A stretch of 64,000 nucleotides of DNA, from positions 19,939,936 through 20,003,935 of the forward strand of contig CM119269.1 of NCBI GenBank assembly GCA_051294375.1. Reading direction: 5' to 3'. The notes below the pieces were generated by a model. That model was not told where the DNA came from and did not search any database. It worked only from the letters and a program-made list of their open reading frames with translations. This document shows, piece by piece, positions 28,998 through 42,932 of this stretch. Origin of the DNA: Paraspadella gotoi (Eukaryota > Animalia > Chaetognatha). The translations under genes and the position numbers were made by a program. Position 1 is the stretch's first letter; each line of letters begins with the position of its first letter.

Positions 28998-30545
28998 GCC
29001 TATAGTCGATAATGCTGAGGTTCATTGGGCGTGGTGGTAGAGTAGACGACAAGGCGTTTCTCCAAACTACTTTCAACGAGGTGTTTGGTCTGCTGCGGCG
29101 GCAACTATTTAAGAGAAAAAAAAATTAAGCGTTTATTTTTTTTTTTCTTTTCGCTAAATTTCATTTGATTACTAGTTGTCATAGTCAAAGCCAAAATTCA
29201 TTATCCTACTCTTTGACCACATCCTTTGCTACAGTTTCTTGTGTGAAGACAATCTTATGAAGCGAATCGCTTCAAGCAATAATTAACAATTTATCCAAAA
29301 AAAAAAGGCCTAAATTCTATTGAGCTCCAATGAATTTATTTCTCCTTGATTTAGTTTTTTACGACCTTATAAAAATATTTGCCTACTGACAGATAGTTCA
29401 AAAACGTCTTTAAAACAAAATAAGTCAGACTATCTAAAAGTTTATTAACTAGTACAAAATTCATAGCTAGTGAACATAGAGAGTACTCGCTCTTACGCCA
29501 CCAGGTTTGCGCAAAAAAATGTGTTTCTACAACTTCCCCCCCGAAACTTACTCGAAATATCCGATAACGCGGTAAGGAAACTCGGAATTTTTTTTAATCG
29601 CGATGAAGTCGTGGAGTTCGTTCCTCCGCTTGTTGACGCCTTCCACGAGCTTCTCCATATTTCCCCCGAAGGTTCGAGCATAGACTTCGGTCTCGACCTT
29701 GTCAACATCAGGCGTCAGACCAAGCTTTCGAACCGCTGCCGCAAAAAACTCGGACGAAAAATTAGCTTTCAGGTAAAACTGGAACCAGGCGAAATTGAAA
29801 CGATCCTCGAAACTCTCGAAAACCTATGAGGAACGAAAAACAAATAAGTATAAAACGTATGTATAGTATAGGGTGGAGTGATGAAAAGATTGAGGGATGG
29901 AACATTGTTTTTTTTTTTTGCTGTCTTTATATAAGTAATAAAAAATAATTAAGCCCTTTTTCAAAGAAATTTTATATGACAGCATCCTTAATTGAATTTT
30001 AAAATTTTAAAATCATCAAATTTTAAAATCATATTTTTTTAAAGTTTAAGATTCGCTGGAAAAAACTGACATTTTTTTGGTAAAATATATTTAATGATAT
30101 TTTTAAGTTAAAGCTGCGAAAAATGACTAAAACGTTTCATCATATAATAGTTTCTACTACAGATCGTGAAAAAGTGAAGAATTTTAACCTTTTTTTCCAT
30201 TTTTGACGCTGAAGACATGGGAATTTTTAATAACATATTTTATATTTTTGATATAACTTTTTATGAAGAATCAGAAACTTTAATAAAAATTTTAAAAAAT
30301 TATTTTGAAAATTTATTATTTTATAAGGATATTACTATAAATATATTGTAATAATGATACTGTTCCCCAAACAATACAAGCAAAATATTTTTTGTACTCC
30401 TTAATCCTCAATTAAAGATTTATAAATAATCCGATACGAACGAAAGGCGCACCTGCTATATGACGTAGGTGTGAAAAAAATAAACATCACCTATTAGAGC
30501 TTTTGGTTCATTTATCCAATATTCAATATTCATTATTTCAATTAT

Positions 30546-30618
30546 TCATTCATTCATTCATTCATTCATTCATTCATTCATTCATTCATTCATTCATTCA
30601 TTCATTCATTCATTCATT
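30546..30618. repeat. (ATTC)n microsatellite
   Basis: Directly visible. Confidence 0.95.
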
Positions 30619-33600
30619 TATTGATTCATATATTTCCATTATAATTACATAAAATACAACGAAATTTTTATATAAAACTCACCTTGAAATTTGAAATACG
30701 TACGGCCATTTCCTGACTTTTATTTATTTTGCTGAGCCATATACTCGCATATTTCTCATGTTTATTCGCAGGCATCACAGAAACTATAAGGTTTCTCAAT
30801 AATCGCTTTCTTTGTCTATTTTTGGCGTCAACCAAATCGATGTCCAAAACTCCTCTCGGTCCTTGGAACTGCGCCACGGCCGGGACATTCCACCGGGTCC
30901 CGACGGCCAAGGTCCATGACGTGACATTTCCCGCACCAGCGACAATTTCTATCTCCAAGAAAAGGCGGCAGATGTGACGCGGGTGTTGAAAGCGGAAATC
31001 AAAAAGAGTTTGCACTTGGGTTCCGTTCCATCGAAATGTGGCGCCGTTCGGAGAAACGACGTCCATCACCTCTTCTTCGATGCGTACATTCGTCTCCTTT
31101 CTCAGTATAACAAAGGAATAGTCATTGAGATGGACCAACTGGGTAGGATTTTCAAAGTTGCCTGCGGCCTGCAAGAGGACCTCTCTCTTGGAGCAAAGGG
31201 CACCATGGTTCAAAACCGATCGGCCAGATAGAGCCAGCTCGGCGTGGTACAGGCTCTGGAGAACGTTGAACCATCGAATCTTCTCGATCGACGTTGTTTC
31301 TTTGATATCGTTAAGGTAAGTTAGGAATTAAGAGGACAACCATACTGCGTAAATTTATGTAAAAAATAGAAAGTAAATGTATTATTAACCAAATAAATTT
31401 TTTTTTGCCGCCCCAATGACCCTTACCCTGTTTGGTTGCGGCGTTAATAATCCATTCGAAATTTTGTTTTAATCTGATATGTGCAGCGCTGCATGGCTTG
31501 GCTGCGCTTCAGACTTTCAAAAGACGATTCAAGTGAATGAACGATGTCGTCGTTCTGTGTACATGTCCATAAGAAGGCAGTTTGAATTTCTAGCAACATG
31601 ACATACTAGTACATTTTTTCTTCCCGTTTTACCCCGGAAAAACCTGTTTTGCTCTTCACGAAGAAACAGAAGTCGATAATCGCTCGTGAATCACCATATT
31701 CGCTTCTCGGAGGCGGAAGTTTCACTGACGAAGTGACTCTTGCCTTCGGACGTGCCGAACGCGAAGTTCTTTCAATGAGGGTCGCAGAGGTCAGATCTGA
31801 GGAGAGAAGGAGGAATTGGAAATCATTCGTAAGACCATGAAGTTTAGATATGCGCACGCGGGCCGGTGTGCTAAAACCCCTAATAATGACCCACTCGTCG
31901 GCAAAAATACTTTATTTTCCCAACAATTGTGAACAAAATATTTTTCGTTCTTTCTGTTTATATGTAATTAGATTTAATCGATATTAATCGATAAATGGAA
32001 TTGCTCCTTACCGTTGAAAGGAAAATAATACATGGCTTCAAAATAGTTTTGGAAATTTTTGCAATCGTTTGTGACAATAGAGTCGATCATTCATGTGCGC
32101 AAGTACGGCCGACCGTTCGCGCGGACGTCTTGTCCACGTGAGTTATCGTACGGATTTAGCACTATGCGCCCTTGGAAGGGGGGAAACAGACGACTTATAA
32201 ATTTAGAATGATTTTATTTCCGAACTAAATAGATGTAAAATTTTGTGCAAATAATAGGGAGGCTTTGAGAGAAACTTAAGTCCTTGATTATCGATAAGAA
32301 GATTAAAGAAAATGCAGTAAGCATGTTCAGACATTTCGACGAACCTCCTGATTTTGTTCAATGAGAACTTAAACATTTATTTTCATATCCTTCAAGGATA
32401 ACAACATTGAACCTTTTTAAACCGACGTCCACGAACTTCTCGTCAACGAAATCGGAGTCGTCGGCGAGGACTTCGAGTCGATTTCTCCATGAGTCGACGA
32501 CTCGTTGGAGGCTGGGATGGAGTTGCGGTGGTGGACCGTTGGCTGGTGGACGTTGGGAGTTAAAATAGTTGGTTGGGCACCGAAGTTACAAACACCCAAT
32601 TTAATGCAATGATGAACTAAACTTTCACTCCCAAGTTTCTCTCTTACTTTTTAGTATTTACTGCGATCTCTTGCTCTCTGCTCTCGTACTGCTTCTCGGT
32701 CTGTGTCTCTCTCTACCTCTCGGCATCTAGTCTTCTCTCTCTCATCTCTCGTCATCTATTATTCTCTCTGCTGCTCTCTATATCTCTGCTCTGCCCGTCC
32801 CTCGAACACACCTTCTCCCACCATTTTTAACATCTTCCTTTCCACGTCGATGAAAAGACCAAAGACGACGACCGAAAGGACGACGACGACGAAAAGCGTC
32901 ACCCAGCGACGCTGCAGCGCCGAGTATTCCTCCGACGCCGCGATCCGGCTCCGTAAGAAGTAAACCCGGCGCTGTGTTGGCGTCATTATGGCTACGGCGA
33001 GTCGGCGTCGTCTTCGCTGACTGACCCGGCGTGCGATGGAAGCCGAAGGCGCCGTTGCGGAGTTGGTGAATACGACGTTCATCTTTAATCTTTTTTTTTT
33101 CCTTTTATTGTAACGTTGTTTTTGTTTTAAAATATAATTTTGAAAATATTTAACTCTAATTTAAATACAAATAATTTAAAAATAAAGATATATTTGATAA
33201 TCAAATAAAGACGTACATTAGAAATGGTCTTAATAATTTTGTACGTTCCGCCTCTCAAAAAAAAAAAAAGGAAAAGGAGGTAAAAAAGTTTTCGGAGAAT
33301 AAATTTTAAGGGCGGAATTCCAAGAGTTCAAGATAAAAAGTGGTTTCAGGTTTTCTTTTGAATGATTACGACAAGTGTACAAGTATGTATGAATAAATAA
33401 AAATAGAGAATATATGATTGTCTTTGTATAGGTATAAATAAGTATAAGTATAACTATTTCAAAATTATAATTCTTTGATAATTAATTCAAATGCGAATGA
33501 AACAAATACAGAATTAATATGAATTAATGCATAAATGAACAATTAATTAAATAAATAAAAAATAGATAGATATATATATATATATATTTGTAAAAAATAA

Positions 33601-34805
33601 CTGAATGAATATATAAACGAATCACTTTATGTTATCATTTAAAGCGATATTTTCTGCTTTTTTTAACTCGCATTTAGGGGTAAATGTGACAGGTGACTAA
33701 TTCCCTCATCGCTTCAATTAAAGAAACGAAGTCAGAGAAGCGGAAAAAGAGATGAACATTTTATTTCTTGATGTTTTCTTCGTGATGAGTTCGACGAAAC
33801 TTTTCTAGAGAAGTCTATCATATGGAAGAGTTTAAACAAAAAAAAAGAAAGATAAGTAAAGTAAACGATTACTGTATATTTCAAAATTCTTAGCCTTTTT
33901 CAACCGATTGAAACCCTTTCCTTTTTAAATATAATTGATAAGGAAGCCAGGTACTCTGGGAGTGAATAAACTAGACTGTGAGAGAGTCTTGATTGAAAGC
34001 TTGCAGGGACCTGCGATGTCATTATCTTGTAAGAGTGATGGAGTCCTTAAACCACCAAAGCCTGTCCAAAGTCAGGGGCCAGATAGCTTATTTATTAAAT
34101 GAATGGATAATTTTTATATTGGTTGTACCAATTTCATATTCTTCTAACCAGTGTGAGGAAGCGTTTCTTCCCATTTACCACCACAATCAGCCCTCATGCC
34201 CTCAAATTTGTCACTCTTTTTATCTCTCGTCTCTCTCTTTTTTCGCGAATCGTAAGTCGATTCCCAACTTCTCTCCCCTTATTAAAAATCCCTCTAAGGG
34301 GAGACAGCAATCATTAGATGCATTTGCGATTCCTTCGCCGAGATTCATCGACTCGAAAAAAGAGAGCTGGAAAAATCATTGGTTGAAACAGAAGAACATC
34401 TCGATTCTCGACAAACATTGGTCGAGTTTGCAGACGTTCTTGACAATGATTGGTTGAATCACAAGAAAATCTCTTCAATGATTTGTTGAATCACATTGAG
34501 ATAGACCTGATTTGGAAAAAGACTTTGACAACTATTGGTCGAGTCAGAAAATCTTGACAACTATTAGATGAGACGACTATGAGATCTCGGCAATCAAAAA
34601 TTGAATCGGAAAATGAACTTGACAATCACAAAGGGAATCAATATTTGTTAAAAAATATATATCAATTTATTAAAATATATCAATAAGAAAACAATTATTG
34701 CAAGAATCCAAATCTCGACATTTATCGGTTAGGTCAAATTTTTATATTTATTTTTTTAAATTTTTTTTATTTTTTTTTGTATTTTGTATTTTGTATTTTT
34801 TTTTT

Positions 34806-34816
34806 ATTTATTTAAT

Positions 34817-34907
<91 letters not shown>

Positions 34908-34948
34908 TATATTTATTTATATATTTATTTATTTTTTATTTATTTATT
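34806..34948. repeat. (ATTT)n microsatellite
   Basis: Directly visible. Confidence 0.95.
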
Positions 34949-36126
34949 TTACTATACCTATTACATATTACATATTTTTAATTTTCTTTCCTCTCCCTTC
35001 CTTCGTTCTCTACGTATCAAACCCAGAAATTCAAAAACTTTTTCTCTTCCTTCGTTCTCTCCGTCCGCGCTCGTCCTTCGGCGCGACAGTTTTTTCCTTC
35101 TCTCTCTCTCTCCGAATCATCTCTGCTCTCTTCTCTCCCATCAGAGTGCGTAGTGAGAGCGCGCGTGCGAACTGTGCGCCGCCCGACGCGTAGCGCTCGT
35201 CCGAGCTTGACGTGCGCCGGGTGACGGAGAGGTAATGAAGGGGGGGGGGCAGCGCTAGTACAAAACTCCGCGAAAGAGAGTTGTCGTCGTTGACGTCGTC
35301 GCTGTCGTCGCTTTCGTCGTCGCCGACTTCACAATCGTCGTCGTTGCGGCTGAAAAATCGACAACTAAAAATGTAACAAACTGAAAAAAAATCCTATAAT
35401 TTGGTGTCGCGCGCTTTGTAGATTTCTATGATTAATTTTTTCTGACGAGATTCTCAGAAATAAACAATTTTAACTTGATTTAATTGCCTTGTTGTTTATT
35501 AACTTTATTAACTTTTAACTACTAAGTTATAAATCTCCGTTTAACTATGAAGTAAAAAAAAGTCATTCAAAATATTTTCGTATGTTAGTTTTTATCAATA
35601 TAGTATTTTAGTTATAATATAATTAACATTTTCAACATTCACCAACGTTCACGTGAGCAACGCAAACCAGTAACAAAGATGGCGACGATGTTAAGTGCCT
35701 TCTCGGTGACTTGGTCCCGCCCATCAAAAACACCATCATCATTAACATCAAATGAATGCAGTCATTTGGAACAAAGAATGTTTCGTTTGACTTAATTTGA
35801 ATATTTTCTGTACTTTGAAAAAAAAAAAGACAACCAAAAAGTAAATCGAACAAAAGAAAAAGACAAGAGGAAAATTCCGGTGAAAATCGATTAAAAAAAG
35901 TAAAAGAAAAAACGTGTTCATTTTCGTCATCAAAATTACTTAGATCCTAACAACCTCCAGTAAAAAGAAGGAGAATAATCTTTCCTGCCAACGAAAACGG
36001 TCGATTCATCTCTTTTGTTCCTTTTTTTTTTTTATAAAACATCTTTTCGAAACCAGAAATTTTTTCTTTTTAATCCACGTCGCAGATTTTATCGACGCTA
36101 CATTAGTTTTACATTCTTTCCCTCTC

Positions 36127-36183
<57 letters not shown>

Positions 36184-36381
36184 TCTTCTCTCTCTCTCTC
36201 TCTTCCACTCTCACACTCTCGGACGATTCAAATTCTTGAGAAAAGCCAGAGGAGAAAAATGGGGCGGTTCTGTTTAATCGTTGGAATCATTCTTTTTTCC
36301 GACTGAGAGCGACAGATAGCCGTGAGATTGGAAGGCGAATAGTGAGAAATGAATGCGGGAGATGGAGAGGGAGAGGTTTAT

Positions 36382-36417
<36 letters not shown>

Positions 36418-36535
36418 GACAGACAGACAGAGAGACATGACAATTGTGGACATCTTCTCCTGATATACGATAAGAATCATTTCATGGTGCGATAATGTCG
36501 CCCATATGTCTCTTCATAAGGAGAAAACTGTTGCC

Positions 36536-36779
36536 TCATTCTCGCGGCAGACAAACAGATGTTGCAATGTCTCGCAGAGCGATGGGAGTATTAATGCTGT
36601 CGTCGGTGCTCTCGAATCTAATATCGACGCCAAAGGACATTGCCACATGTCGTGGCCAAATGTTGTTGACAATGTCGTCTCCATACGACTTTGCCCTTTT
36701 ACCAATGAGGAACAGACTGACTGACCAAGCGGCCACATATCGACCATGCGACCACAAGAATTCCATTTTGTTCCCGCTT
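36536..36779 (-). CDS. Candidate terminal exon, weakly reminiscent of a MAM-domain C-terminus
   Basis: tag|..EFLWSHGRYVAAWSVSLFL...IRFE.......IALRDIATSVC..stop; compare MAM LW...G....W...I.FE.....IA.DDI....C. No clean upstream exon. Confidence 0.3.
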
Positions 36780-38749
36780 CTACAACACAACTCCCGATTT
36801 CATTTTTTAAAATTATTTTAATAAACGTACGATTTGTTTAATGTCATTATCATCCCCTTTCATTTGGGCTGGCTGCCAGCGGGATCGCTCCATTGTTAGC
36901 GAATTCCTTTTTGGGTTTTCAAAGGCGGAGTCCATGCGGAGGTTTACGATGTCTTTTTGTCCTTTCCAAAATTGTCATTGTCTTATTCGATAATATTGTC
37001 GTGTTGCTTTATGATGACAACTTGTCGCCAGTAGTTGCTCGCAGCTTCGGAATTTTATTTCTTTCTCTCTCTCTCTCTCTCTCTCCCTCTCTCTCTTTCT
37101 CTTTCGTTCATAAACTTTGCTTACGAAGCAAGAAAACCAAACCTTAGTTGCTTTTCATATTCACCTATTCTCTATTTAGTTTTCCTGAACCTCTCTTCTT
37201 TCGATTACAATGTATTACAATGTATTCATGTACAATGTATATTTTGAAAAGTGGAGGAATATTTATTATTTATTTAACTTATTTATCGTTATTTTTTCAT
37301 TCACTTCAGATACATTTACCTTAAAAGTCTCAAAAAGACCCAGACGCATCCCATCTTCCAAAATATAGTTCTATTCCCAAACGATTGACGAGAAGCAAAA
37401 AGACGTCGGATAAAGTGGCTTAAGTATAGCTAATTAAGTATCATTTCTGTTAGTGACAGGCTGCTGAAAGTTTTCCGAATGCTTCTACCCTCCAACTCCG
37501 ACTCCGAATACCATAAAAAGAAAAAGAAAATTAAGTTTTAAAAGAAAAACTTGAAAAAAAAAAAAATCATCAATTCGATTCCAATTTTGTTTCCGCGAAT
37601 TTCCTCGATTGGTGTCGATTAAACAAGAGAAAAAACAAGAATCGCGATGCGTTGATAGTCATTTGTCCTTCCTTATTTGAATGATTCGGAAATTCATATA
37701 CCATTTTGATGAATTTGTTTATAAAATTAAAAATTGACTATTCTCAAATAAATTCTTCAAATCGAAAAGCCTTTGACGATAAAGAACCGACCAAAAACAA
37801 CTTCATTTAGATTTGCGTCGACGCATCGGTGTAAACAAAAAAGACGACAGAAAAGAAGCGAGTTTTTTTTTTTCTTCCGATTTTCTGCGGCGAAAGTTAA
37901 TCGGAGACAAAAACGAAGCGTCAAACACAGTGATTCTCTTCCGAAAGAAATCCCAGACGAATGACGTGCGTCAGGGGGCGTTAACTGTGGAGATGGGGAT
38001 CCGCGGTTGGGACTTTGACAAAATGCCGGGTTTTAATTTAAAAGCTCGATTTTATTTAACCCTCGATTTGGTTTTTTTTTTCCCTTTAACGTCTCGCTGC
38101 TCTTTAAATTTGCCAAAATAAAGTGAAGATTCGCCCGAAAACGAAATTGATCAACATCAGAGTTCGAATTAGTGTCGAGAGCCATTTTAAAGAAAATTTC
38201 GTTTAACTTTTAAGCCGGATAATTTTTTTTAACTGTCACCATTTATCGCATTACGATCGCAAATGTTATATATCAGTGAAATATCTCAAATGAAAATATA
38301 CAATTTCCGAATATTGATTTTTATAAAAACGCCCCATCGTCTGGCTTAATCTGAATTTCACAAAACGAGTCGCCGTTGACAAGTCAAAAGCATAATGAAA
38401 CCAACTGCACCACCCTACCTCCTGTAAAAGCATCCCCACCGATTTCTTGCCAATGAATACATCAATAAATTGATCCTTTGTATAAAACATTCCCAAACTT
38501 TCATGTCAAACTAGAAATGCAAAGAGATCCAAGCAATCACGTGCCAACCAATCATTCCGATTAAAGCATCTCCAATCCTATCAACAATGCTATCCACCGA
38601 AATCGATATGTTACGCACCAGTTACCTAATACCTCCTTCGAGTATCATCGAATCCACCCTAACCGCTTTCGCAAAGCATCAACCGGTTCCACGCCCCCAC
38701 CTTTTCGATCCACTTCGATTCCACGTCAAAGACGACGGCAACGACACCA

Positions 38750-38783
<34 letters not shown>

Positions 38784-38871
38784 CGCTTCTTTCATTTTCA
38801 GTCGACGACGCGTAAATAAAAGGCGACGTCAAATAAAACCGTGAAATCCTCGTTTCTCGCGTCTCCGATGC

Positions 38872-38983
38872 CCTTCTGTTTCTTCTTCTTTTTTCTTCTC
38901 TTTCTTTTCTTTCTCTGCTCTTTCTTCTTCTTTTCTTCTCTTTCTTCTCTTTCTTCTTCTTCTTTTCTTCTCTCCTTCTTCTG

Positions 38984-39014
<31 letters not shown>

Positions 39015-39970
39015 CTTCTTTTCTTTCTCTTTCTTCTCCTTCTTCTTCTTTTTCTTCTCTTTTCTTCTGTTTCTTTCTTCTTTTTCTTTCTTTCTTCTTC
39101 TTGTTTCTTCTTCTTTTTCTCTTCTCTTCTTCCTTCTTTTTTTCTTCTTCTTTCTTCTTCTTTTCTTCTTCTTTTTCTTTCTGTCTTTCTTCTGTGTTTC
39201 TTCTTCTTTTTTTGTTTCTTCTTCTTTTTTTACCTTCTCTTTATTCTGTTTCTTCTTCTTTTTTCTTCTATTTCTTCTTCTTTTTTCTTCTGTTTATTCT
39301 TCTTTTTTCTCCTTCCTTCCTTCTTCTGCTTCCCCTTTATCTTCTTCTGTTTCTCCTCTTTTTCTGTTTCTCCTCATTTTTTTACTTTACCCTTTGTTTC
39401 GGATTCTGTTTCTAATCCTGTTTCTCCTTTTGCCTCATCCTATTTTTTCTCCCGTTTTTTCTTGTTTTCTTTTTTTCCGCTTCTGTTTCTCCTTCTCTTT
39501 CCCTTTCGGTTTTCCCTTCTGTCTCTCCTGTTTCTCTTTATATTTTATCATTGTGTCCTTTCCTTTCTGGATTCCGTTTTCCTGTCTGTTTCAACTTGAT
39601 CCTATTTTGGTTTATTCCTCAATTTCTTCTTCCTGTTTCTTCTTCCATCTCTTTTACGTCGTTTTTGTATTGCTACTAGATCTCGTATTGTATCTTATAA
39701 AACATCTCGTTTCCTTTTGTAATTTTTATTTGTCTCTATTCTTTTGTTGTTTTAAATCTCTAATTTTTCCAGTCAATTTTTTTCCTTAAGTTCGCCCTTT
39801 TTTTTCCCTTTTACTCCTTCTCCTGATTTTCTGTCAGCCACAGCGTTCTCCGTCTCCATCTCTATTCACTCTTTTATCCTTCTCCTTTTCTCCCTTTTGC
39901 TTCTTTTCTTTTGACATCGTTTCTCCTTTTTCTGTTTCTTCTTCTTCTTCTTCTTCTTCTTTTTCTGCTG
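38872..39970. repeat. Pyrimidine-rich low-complexity tract (TTC/TTTC/TCTGTTTC)
   Basis: Directly visible; explains the F/L/S-rich spurious ORFs. Confidence 0.9.
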
Positions 39971-41779
39971 CGTCTTTTTCTGCCGCGGCCTTTTTGGTAG
40001 CGCAAGTCTTTTTTTTTTCGCCCTCTCTCCGACGCGAATCAGCTTCCCCCCATCAGAAAACCCGTTCGCTAACTCTCTCCTGCCAAACTCCGAAAGCCAT
40101 CCAGATCCAGAATCCGCTTAGACGACGACGACTCTCTCTCTCTCTCTCTTTCTCTCCTTTTCATCTCTGGTATCAGACGGACTCTTATCCCTTCTCTCTT
40201 TCACATAAATCTCCCTCTTTTCTCACAGTCGTTTCGTCGACTTCTCATACGATATCTTAGTATCACAGAACATTTTATCAACTATCTTTCTCATCTCCTA
40301 ATATCATCCGTATCTTAGGTATTTGCATTTCCTTCGGTTTTTGGGATTTTCTTCCTTTTCTTTTTTTCTTATTAATTTTTTTAAGATTTAAGAAAATATT
40401 ATGGAGAATTATCCACGATTTTGTGGGTTATTTATCGTTTTCCATAGTTTCCTTGTTTTCGTCTCTCTTGCCTCGTTTTTGAATGATTTCGATTATTACA
40501 GGTCTTATCCAAAAACCGAAAACAACTCGATATTTTTCTTTCCAAAAATCAACTCGGTCAGATGCCAAAATACCCATCGGATTTTAAAGACGTAATTAAA
40601 TATTATAAATGAAAATAATACGTCAAACGGAATAATACAAAAAATACGTAGTTACCCACATTCAATATTGAAGCATATTAAAAAAAAATTATGAAAATTA
40701 TCGTGGTACAACGGTTTAACGATTCATTGTAAAGGCCAAGAAAAATTGCTTCTGAATTTTTTCATAACTTGATGAGCAACTAACAACAACGAGGTCCGCC
40801 TACGCGGCCAGACCCTATAAAAAAGTCGGGGGGGGGGGCGATAGAGAAAAAGAGAGAAACTGGGTTGAGCGCTCAAACAGCGACGGTTGTATACACAAAT
40901 GAACGCAGCGATCAAAGAATCTTTCTCCTCCTCTTTCCTCTCCGTCTCCCTTCTCTCTCTCTCTGTCTTCCCCCCACTTTTCTTCTCTCGTTCAGCTTCA
41001 ACAACCATGGAAGATCACCCGCTTTGGCGCCGAAAAAGGGGCAGTTTTTTCTAAAGGGGGGGGGAGAGAATATTTATCCGTAATGACGCTTGTATAGAGA
41101 TTGGGAAGAGAGGGTACGTGGCACGGGGCATGGGGTTGAAGAGGGGAAACGTTGACCGAGTTTACTTAGTCTGAAAGCCTTGAATGAATGTCGAGGGACA
41201 AACTGTAGACTTTTAATCTCTTCAATTGGAACTACATGGTGGTGCTTACTATAAACCTAAGCGAAAATTTGGGAACAAATAGAATCCTATCAAGTTTCGT
41301 TTTCGCACAAATATAACCAAAGGAAATACCGTATTTCAAAACTAAATCAGCGTATGATCAGTTGTAATCGACAGCCCTCTCCTCTGCGAGAAAAAAACCT
41401 CAAGATGCATTCATCACGTTCTCTTCGTGAGCTCGTAGCGGTAAAGGAAAAAGGCGTTAAACGAAATTCTCACGTCACATAAATCCGAACCCTAATCAAG
41501 CGATTCACGTGTTCCTCCAAAGAATTACCGCACATATTGAGTGATTCATGTCAACAAAATTATCATAACGAAAGCAAATCGACTCGAAAATAAACAGTAA
41601 AGAGTTTGGCTGTTGAACGTCGCGAAGGACGAATCACGAACTTGAATCTTTTTATTTTGTCCTTTCTCAAGAAATCGTTACGTCGCTCGGGGGCGACGAT
41701 CGATCGAGGCGACATCTCGTCGCACGGGAAGAAAAAGAAACACGCAAACCAAAGATCGATGAAGATTAAGAAGACGGCA

Positions 41780-42628
41780 TAATTTTACTTTCGCCGACCG
41801 GAATTAGGGGGGGTTTAGGTTTAAGGGTAGTTTAAGGGTAAGGATAATTAAGATTAAAATGGTTTAAGATTATAGAAATAAAATATTTTTTGAAATATTT
41901 TTAAATAATGTTTTTAAAAAACACCAAAACCTTGTCGGCAAAAAAAATGGCTAAATTTTACTTTCGTCGACCAGGGTGGGTTTTAAAAAAACTATTTAAA
42001 AATATGTTTTTTAAATTTAATTAATTTCCTTAACCTTAAAATGCTTTTAACCCTAACCCAAAAAGCAATAACCAATAAAAATAAATGCTAAGTTTAAAAA
42101 AAAATATTTTGGTCGGATAAGCTTGCTAGTATTACTATGTAACAGCATTGCGATACCGACATAAATATAGTTTAAATAGCCAATAAAAATAAAATTTTAA
42201 TTTTGCCGATGAAGGTTTTGGTATCTTTTAAAAAACATTTAAAAATATTTATTTTAAAAATATTGTGTTTTTTCCTTTCTGTTTCGTTGTGATTTGGTTT
42301 AGAACAAAGTTTGAAGAGAGATTTAACAACGATTTTTATTTCATAATGAAACGGACATGTTTGCTCTGTCTCTCTCTCTCTCTCTCTCTCTTTCTTTATG
42401 CACAAAATTCTCTTCAAATTCACAAATTGAATTGGCGCTGAAGAAGACTCGTATGTGAGTCGAAACATGTCCGTTTCACTATGAAATAAAAATCGTTGTT
42501 AAATCTCTCTTCAAACTTTGTTCTAAATTTTAAAAATAAAAATTTAAAATAATTATCCTACCCCTAATCCACCCCTAATCCACCCTTAGCCCTAAACTCC
42601 TCTCACCGCGGTCGGCGAAAATAAAATT
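41780..42628. mobile_element. MITE-like element with inverted ends and TTAGGG/CCCTAA-like subterminal runs
   Basis: aattttactttcgccgaccg ... cggtcggcgaaaataaaatt; similar end motifs internally and at ~44234-44424. Confidence 0.55.
42298..42527. mobile_element. MITE-like inverted repeat (~65-bp arms, ~100-bp spacer)
   Basis: tttagaacaaagtttgaagagagatttaacaacg...ggacatgttt and its reverse complement ending ...tcaaactttgttctaaa. Confidence 0.75.
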
Positions 42629-42932
42629 AACCCCCAATGTAAATACCGCGATATGACAGTCCAACCTACTTTTCAATTTGTAGATATGTTTATGAAATTG
42701 GTACAAACAATATAAAAATTATAATACAGTGTAATAAAATCTTTATTATGTTTTTTAAAGATTTTTACCCTTAAGTTTCTCTATGCTATTTAAACTGAAA
42801 AAGAGAAATGAAATAAATGATTCTTTTTATATAATTCTCATAAAATCTGGTATAAAATCTGGATGTAAATTAAAATGTTTAAAAATACAAAAAGTAGTAA
42901 TAAAATACAAACCACGAACGGAAAAGTCAAAT

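Larger units (their letters stand above)
26766..33082 (-). pseudogene. Decayed multi-exon gene for an unrecognised type II membrane protein
   Basis: 5' exon has one TM anchor (WVTLFVVVVLSVVVFGLFI). Phase-compatible exons 31344-30683, 29823-29552 and 29104-26766 (split by the foldback). Upstream exons (~32510-32012, 31871-31427) carry in-frame stops and frameshifts. Confidence 0.65.

Noticed and set aside
31300-32400. Stop-codon recoding or selenocysteine in the type II membrane gene
   Set aside because: All three stop types plus frameshifts occur, and neighbouring genes use the standard code; decay or error is simpler.
38872-39990. Minus-strand Glu/Lys-rich coiled-coil coding region
   Set aside because: Interrupted by stops; indistinguishable from a low-complexity purine tract.
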